Shown one piece after another: positions 59,489 to 64,000 of a stretch of DNA of 64,000 nucleotides; within the stretch, counting starts at the first letter, position 1; each line of letters opens with the position of its first letter. Location: NCBI GenBank assembly GCA_976226885.1, contig OZ320319.1, forward strand, positions 25,668,001 to 25,732,000, read 5' to 3'. Made by a program: the position numbers and the translations under genes. A model generated the notes under the pieces. That model saw only the letters and a program-made list of their open reading frames with translations. It did not search any database and was not told the DNA's origin. This DNA is from Iphione sp. A-MEVVRFRX5. Lineage: Eukaryota.

Positions 59489-62261
59489 ATCAGTCATCCA
59501 GAGGCACAGATGAGCTAAATGAGCACCTTATTTTTCATTTGCCATAACTGCTTTCTAGCCGTTTTTTACAGGGGGTCCCGTGCGGGCAAACCTATTCTAT
59601 AAGAAAGATTTATTAGGGTATTGCATGTATAAATTTGGCCTATTAGGCCTGCACATAGCAAATTGGCCAGATGTATGAAGTTTGCATATCGGAGGATGTT
59701 TCCGAAATGCAAAAGTTTCCAGACGTGCATGGAAATATGCATAATGAATAACCTTTCTATGGGCACGAAACAGGACAAAGCGAAGATAAGGACAAATTTA
59801 ACATTTGAATACCTCATTCAATGTTACCATGTACATCTGTTGCTTTCAGGATTCATTTACATTAAAAACAAGCAAAATAAGCAAATACCACCTACCTACT
59901 GGCGCTCTATTTGTTTCAGGTTGTTACTGGAAACATATTTTTTAGGCTTTATGGGACAATAACAAGTACTACTAACATATATATATATATCAATAAGCAG
60001 TACTGGAGCAGTATTAATGACCTGAAAATGAAATTGTCATATTAGAGGTGTTGAAGCTGCGCGTTTAAAAACGTTTTAATTCGAGAGACTACCGCTTGTT
60101 GGCAGGCCGGTCTGAGTGGCAGCGTCGTGCTGTAGATGATAGTGGCGTCAGACACCAGGCAGACGCTGGAAGACAGGTTGAGAGTAGAGGCGTCACATGC
60201 TGACGCCTGTAACCTGCATGAGCCTTTAGTAAAGATTGCTTACTGGTAGAAGCGCCAACCATTCTCCATCTGCTCAGCATCAACTTTCGTTTGCCAGCAA
60301 ACTTTACATGCGCCACGTGTTTAGCTATTTGTAGGTATATGTATACCTAAATTCCTTTAAATGTTAAACCCATCACATTCCAAGGATCTATACCTCATAA
60401 GAGCCGTGACGAACTTGAAAAGCAACAATTAGAAGATATTTGGATGATACGATAGACATTACCACCATACCAGGTTGTACCAGAGAGAAAGTCGCTCTTC
60501 CTATGTTTTAGTGAGTTTTGGAGAAACTCTTTCCATCAACACTGGCTTAATAAACAAGGAACTACACATTGTTTGGGTAAGTTTTTCATTATTTTAGTAT
60601 CTCAAAAATCACTGATTGTCTGCAAAAGAACTGTACTTTATGTGAGCTATGGATAAACCGAGCGTACTGTATTAGAATTAGCGTTGCGCTACATGTTAAT
60701 GACAGCTAAAGCCGTGTGTATAAGGGAGAAATAAGGAGTTTTACACGAACACACGAGAACGTTCAGGAAGGGGGAACCTGCAGAAACCCTGTTACTTTCC
60801 CTTCAAGGACAGCGTGGAAGTGTACCATATGCATGGCTCAGCTCTCACGCCCATCGTTAGTGTATTGGAGCTGTATATTTTACACAAAGAATTTTCACTG
60901 CCCAAAATATGTGTCTATTCATCTGCAGGCAGGAAATATAGGGACCGAAACACAAGAACACGAATATTACGGCTTACAAAGGCTGAGCACAGTAGCATCC
61001 TCACCCCTGTTCTTCACTTAGATTGTAAAACATAAAATCACCACACGGCTAACATCGGAGTTCATCAATATGTGATATCCCCAGAGGTGATGCATTCGTC
61101 TGCAACATGAATACAATTGGGCCCGACGATTTGATTAAAATTGTAGCCGTAAATCAGGTTACGTACGCCTGCATGCAAAACATATTATGGCGAGATACAG
61201 GTACTTAATATTTGTGTGCACATGTGCAGCGAACTTATAAGAGCCACAATGCCAAGTATATTAAAATTCGATTCCCATTCTAATTATGTCTGTCGAAACA
61301 TTTACGTATTGAATTTCGAAGTCATTCTTTTCAAGGATTATCACGACATGCCATTTTCTTTTAAAATGGTAAAAAAGAGATACTGTATTACATGAATATA
61401 TTTCTATTGAGTAAACATAGTGTCCTTGCCATGTTCGTGGATTGTTCCACTTTTCCAATGCATGTAGCAGGTACATTATCGATCTCTTGTTCCCATAGTG
61501 GTTTTGTGAATGACTACGTCTGCCGGAACATTTTTACTCATGGAATTTCGAACTGATTCATTCAAGAATTATCATGACATTACCATTTTCCTTTAGAAAA
61601 TGGCAAAAACGATAGGTACCTGTATTGCATGCATGTACTTCAGTGTTTTCTATGTATGTACATTTACCAGGAACCTTAGTAATGAACGAAGACCAAAGCG
61701 GCGCAAATTTTACATTGACAATCAAAACACAAAGTAACTTTTTTGCATGGCCTCGTCTAGATAGAATCCTACATAGGATCGCATGGTCAAGAACGATCAA
61801 GAAAACATTGATTTTCCCAATTGTACTGTCACGTTCTGTTTCCCGACGCAAACATAAATCTCCATCAGGAGAGAGAAAACCGTTTACCGTGCCGCCAATA
61901 ACTAAGGCAATTGTTGCACGCGTATAACCGCAAGGAAAGCGGACCGTTGGCTCTTCTCCAGTCTGAGGCAGCCGAGCTCAGCTCAATAGGTGGGAGATGA
62001 TAATGGTGCATCAAGTACCCACCGTTCTAGTTACGGGTTACGACACCAGGGAGCAGGGCATACACCCATCTCCACTCTATCGGGTACAATCGGTCCAAGC
62101 TGCGCTTGGCGCTATTTCTGGCGTCAGCCTGCTTGTAGAGGCGTTGTTCGTAGCTCACCATTTCATTTATTTTCCGTTGGGTTTCTCTAGCCGCCCAACC
62201 CGTGTCCTTCCCTCTGTCTTTCTATCCTGCTAGCTCTTCCTCCCTGTCCCTGTCTCTTCGT

Positions 62262-62272
62262 CTGTCTGTCTC

Positions 62273-62303
<31 letters not shown>
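62262..62303. repeat. (TCTG)n / (TC)n microsatellite
   Basis: Direct reading. Confidence 0.9.
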
Positions 62304-62305
<2 letters not shown>

Positions 62306-62817
62306 TACTTCAACGAGGACATTGTGAAGAAAAAACGCTTGACGAACACGAGTTAAAGATGGACACCTATGGAGGACAGACACCCTTTTCTGCCGGATTT
62401 TGTTGAATCGAGAGCCAGATGTTGCCCTTCTTTCTCCTAACTAAGGTATTCATTTCCCGGAAACAAACATTGAAATAAGGTTTTCTGAAGTACATATTTA
62501 GACTCATACAAATTGGGGTTTAAAGGACTAGATATGTTGTACACAGCGAAGGTGTACAAATTAGGTTTAAATGTGAATAAATTGTAGCCACTCCATCCCA
62601 CACTTAGATACACACATCTGTACCAGCATAATGTAACTGGCGATGCTGGTTGTTACCATGCCGTAAATTTGACAATAATACGTGATTCAGAATGCATAAT
62701 CCAGGTTACCCACAGGAAGTAACTATTCACTGCTGCTATGTTAATTAGCATTTACATGTATATGAGAAAAAGTCTGGTTGTGAAAATATATATAGAAAAG
62801 AAAATATAAAAGGCTAG

Positions 62818-62900
62818 GTGAGAGAGAGGGGGGGGGAGAGGGAGGGAGAGAAGACGAGAGACACAAAGAGCGAACAAGAGAGAGAAGAGGCAGGGGGAAG
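62818..62900. repeat. Purine-rich (GA)n/G-run low-complexity tract
   Basis: Direct reading. Confidence 0.85.
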
Positions 62901-64000
62901 AATAGATGACATGTCTGCCATGTGCAAGCTTACATCAGACCGCATTACTACACATTATTGTTGACTATTTGATTAGAGGTGTCTGTGGTCACTGCAGCGG
63001 TTTCAACGTGGAATCCACCAGGGAGGGTTGAAGAGAGTTTAATACCTTTCTGGTCGAATTTCATAGCCGACCTGTCAACCCCGGTGAAGGTGGCAGGGGG
63101 GGGGGTGAGGGGGAAGACCAGTCGATGATTGGCTACTGTAAGCCAACTGTGCTGGACATGTGGAAGGTCTCGGAGGAGAGCTGTGCTGTCCTGGATAAGG
63201 TTTGTGCCTGGAACACCGTGGGAAGTACGGGTAGAAGCCATCAGTCACCATAGTAAAGGTAGTGCCCGGCACACTGGGTGTCAGTAAACAGGATAAAACC
63301 TTTCATTCCTTGTTTAAACACTATCTCGAAAGCAAAAACGTGAGAGGAATGAGAAGCAAGAGAAGCTAATAAAAGAAGACTACTCTGGCAGATTGAAAAT
63401 ACTTTTGAAGAAATGAGGACAGAGAGAGACAGGGACAGAGAGAGAAAAAAAGGAGAAAGACATCAATTAGGTTAAAGAAGCAAATGTTTTGGGTTATCGC
63501 AGTGATGATGGGCTTACCTGGAAGCCCCAAGCTAACCACATGAGAAACAAAGCTAGGCAAAGAGGGTTGGTCCTATCGAAATGCAGCCTGGTAATAAAAA
63601 CGCATTTTATCCAATCAGGCCGAGATACACAACGGCACATGCACATACATACACACTGAGGTACATCCAGTCGTACATTCTGTGATCCACACTGACACTT
63701 AGATAGGCCCACATTCTAAGGGGAAAACATTCAGACAAATATTCTGCATGCATCTATGCTCAGGCACACATAGCGTAACACGCTCAAACACATTGTCACC
63801 AAGAAACCAACATACTGTCACACATATATGGAGGCCGACTGCAAAGCACACAAACCATACTCCACCTTCATTAGAAGACCTCTTGTTCACGAAACGCGCG
63901 ATATGGAATAAAGTTTTCATTCATACTACAAACGCTCGAAGACAGTACTCTTAGCAGGACAAAGGCATTCACTCGGAGGCATTCAGGTCATTTGGGGTCA

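Noticed and set aside
62948-63272. Possible host exon on the minus strand (tactgac...cccag acceptor)
   Set aside because: All three frames from the acceptor hit stops before the next donor; rescue would need a homopolymer length error in the G-run, which is unsupported.

Overview
Eukaryotic (animal-like, probably invertebrate) genomic DNA dominated by transposable elements. No confident host protein-coding gene, rRNA, intact tRNA or CRISPR array was found. Main contents: (1) two Ngaro-like tyrosine-recombinase retrotransposons with split direct repeats (A1-gag-RT/RH-YR-B1-A2-B2) at 6340-10956 (YR internally deleted) and 53457-57783 (apparently intact, inserted in a TA microsatellite); (2) a 5.13-kb piggyBac (17895-23028, TTAA TSD) inserted in a dead CR1/L2-like LINE; it carries a multi-intron DDD transposase and a second, convergent four-exon gene resembling the P2X7 cytoplasmic 'ballast' domain; (3) a long three-ORF CR1/L2-group LINE (~34.3-40.7 kb) with coiled-coil/RRM/NADAR ORF1, a free-standing SGNH-hydrolase ORF and an intact APE-RT ORF2, nested in an older antisense LINE; (4) further LINE and Penelope remnants, a TTA-TSD MITE family, two tRNA-derived SINEs and microsatellites. 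The most notable inferences are the piggyBac cargo gene, two different gag-pol recoding signals in the two YR elements (A_AAA_AAC -1 frameshift versus UGA-CUA readthrough), matching phase-1 splice acceptors in front of both ATG-less YR ORFs, and the NADAR+SGNH LINE. Family assignments rest on motifs recognised by eye; no database searches were run.
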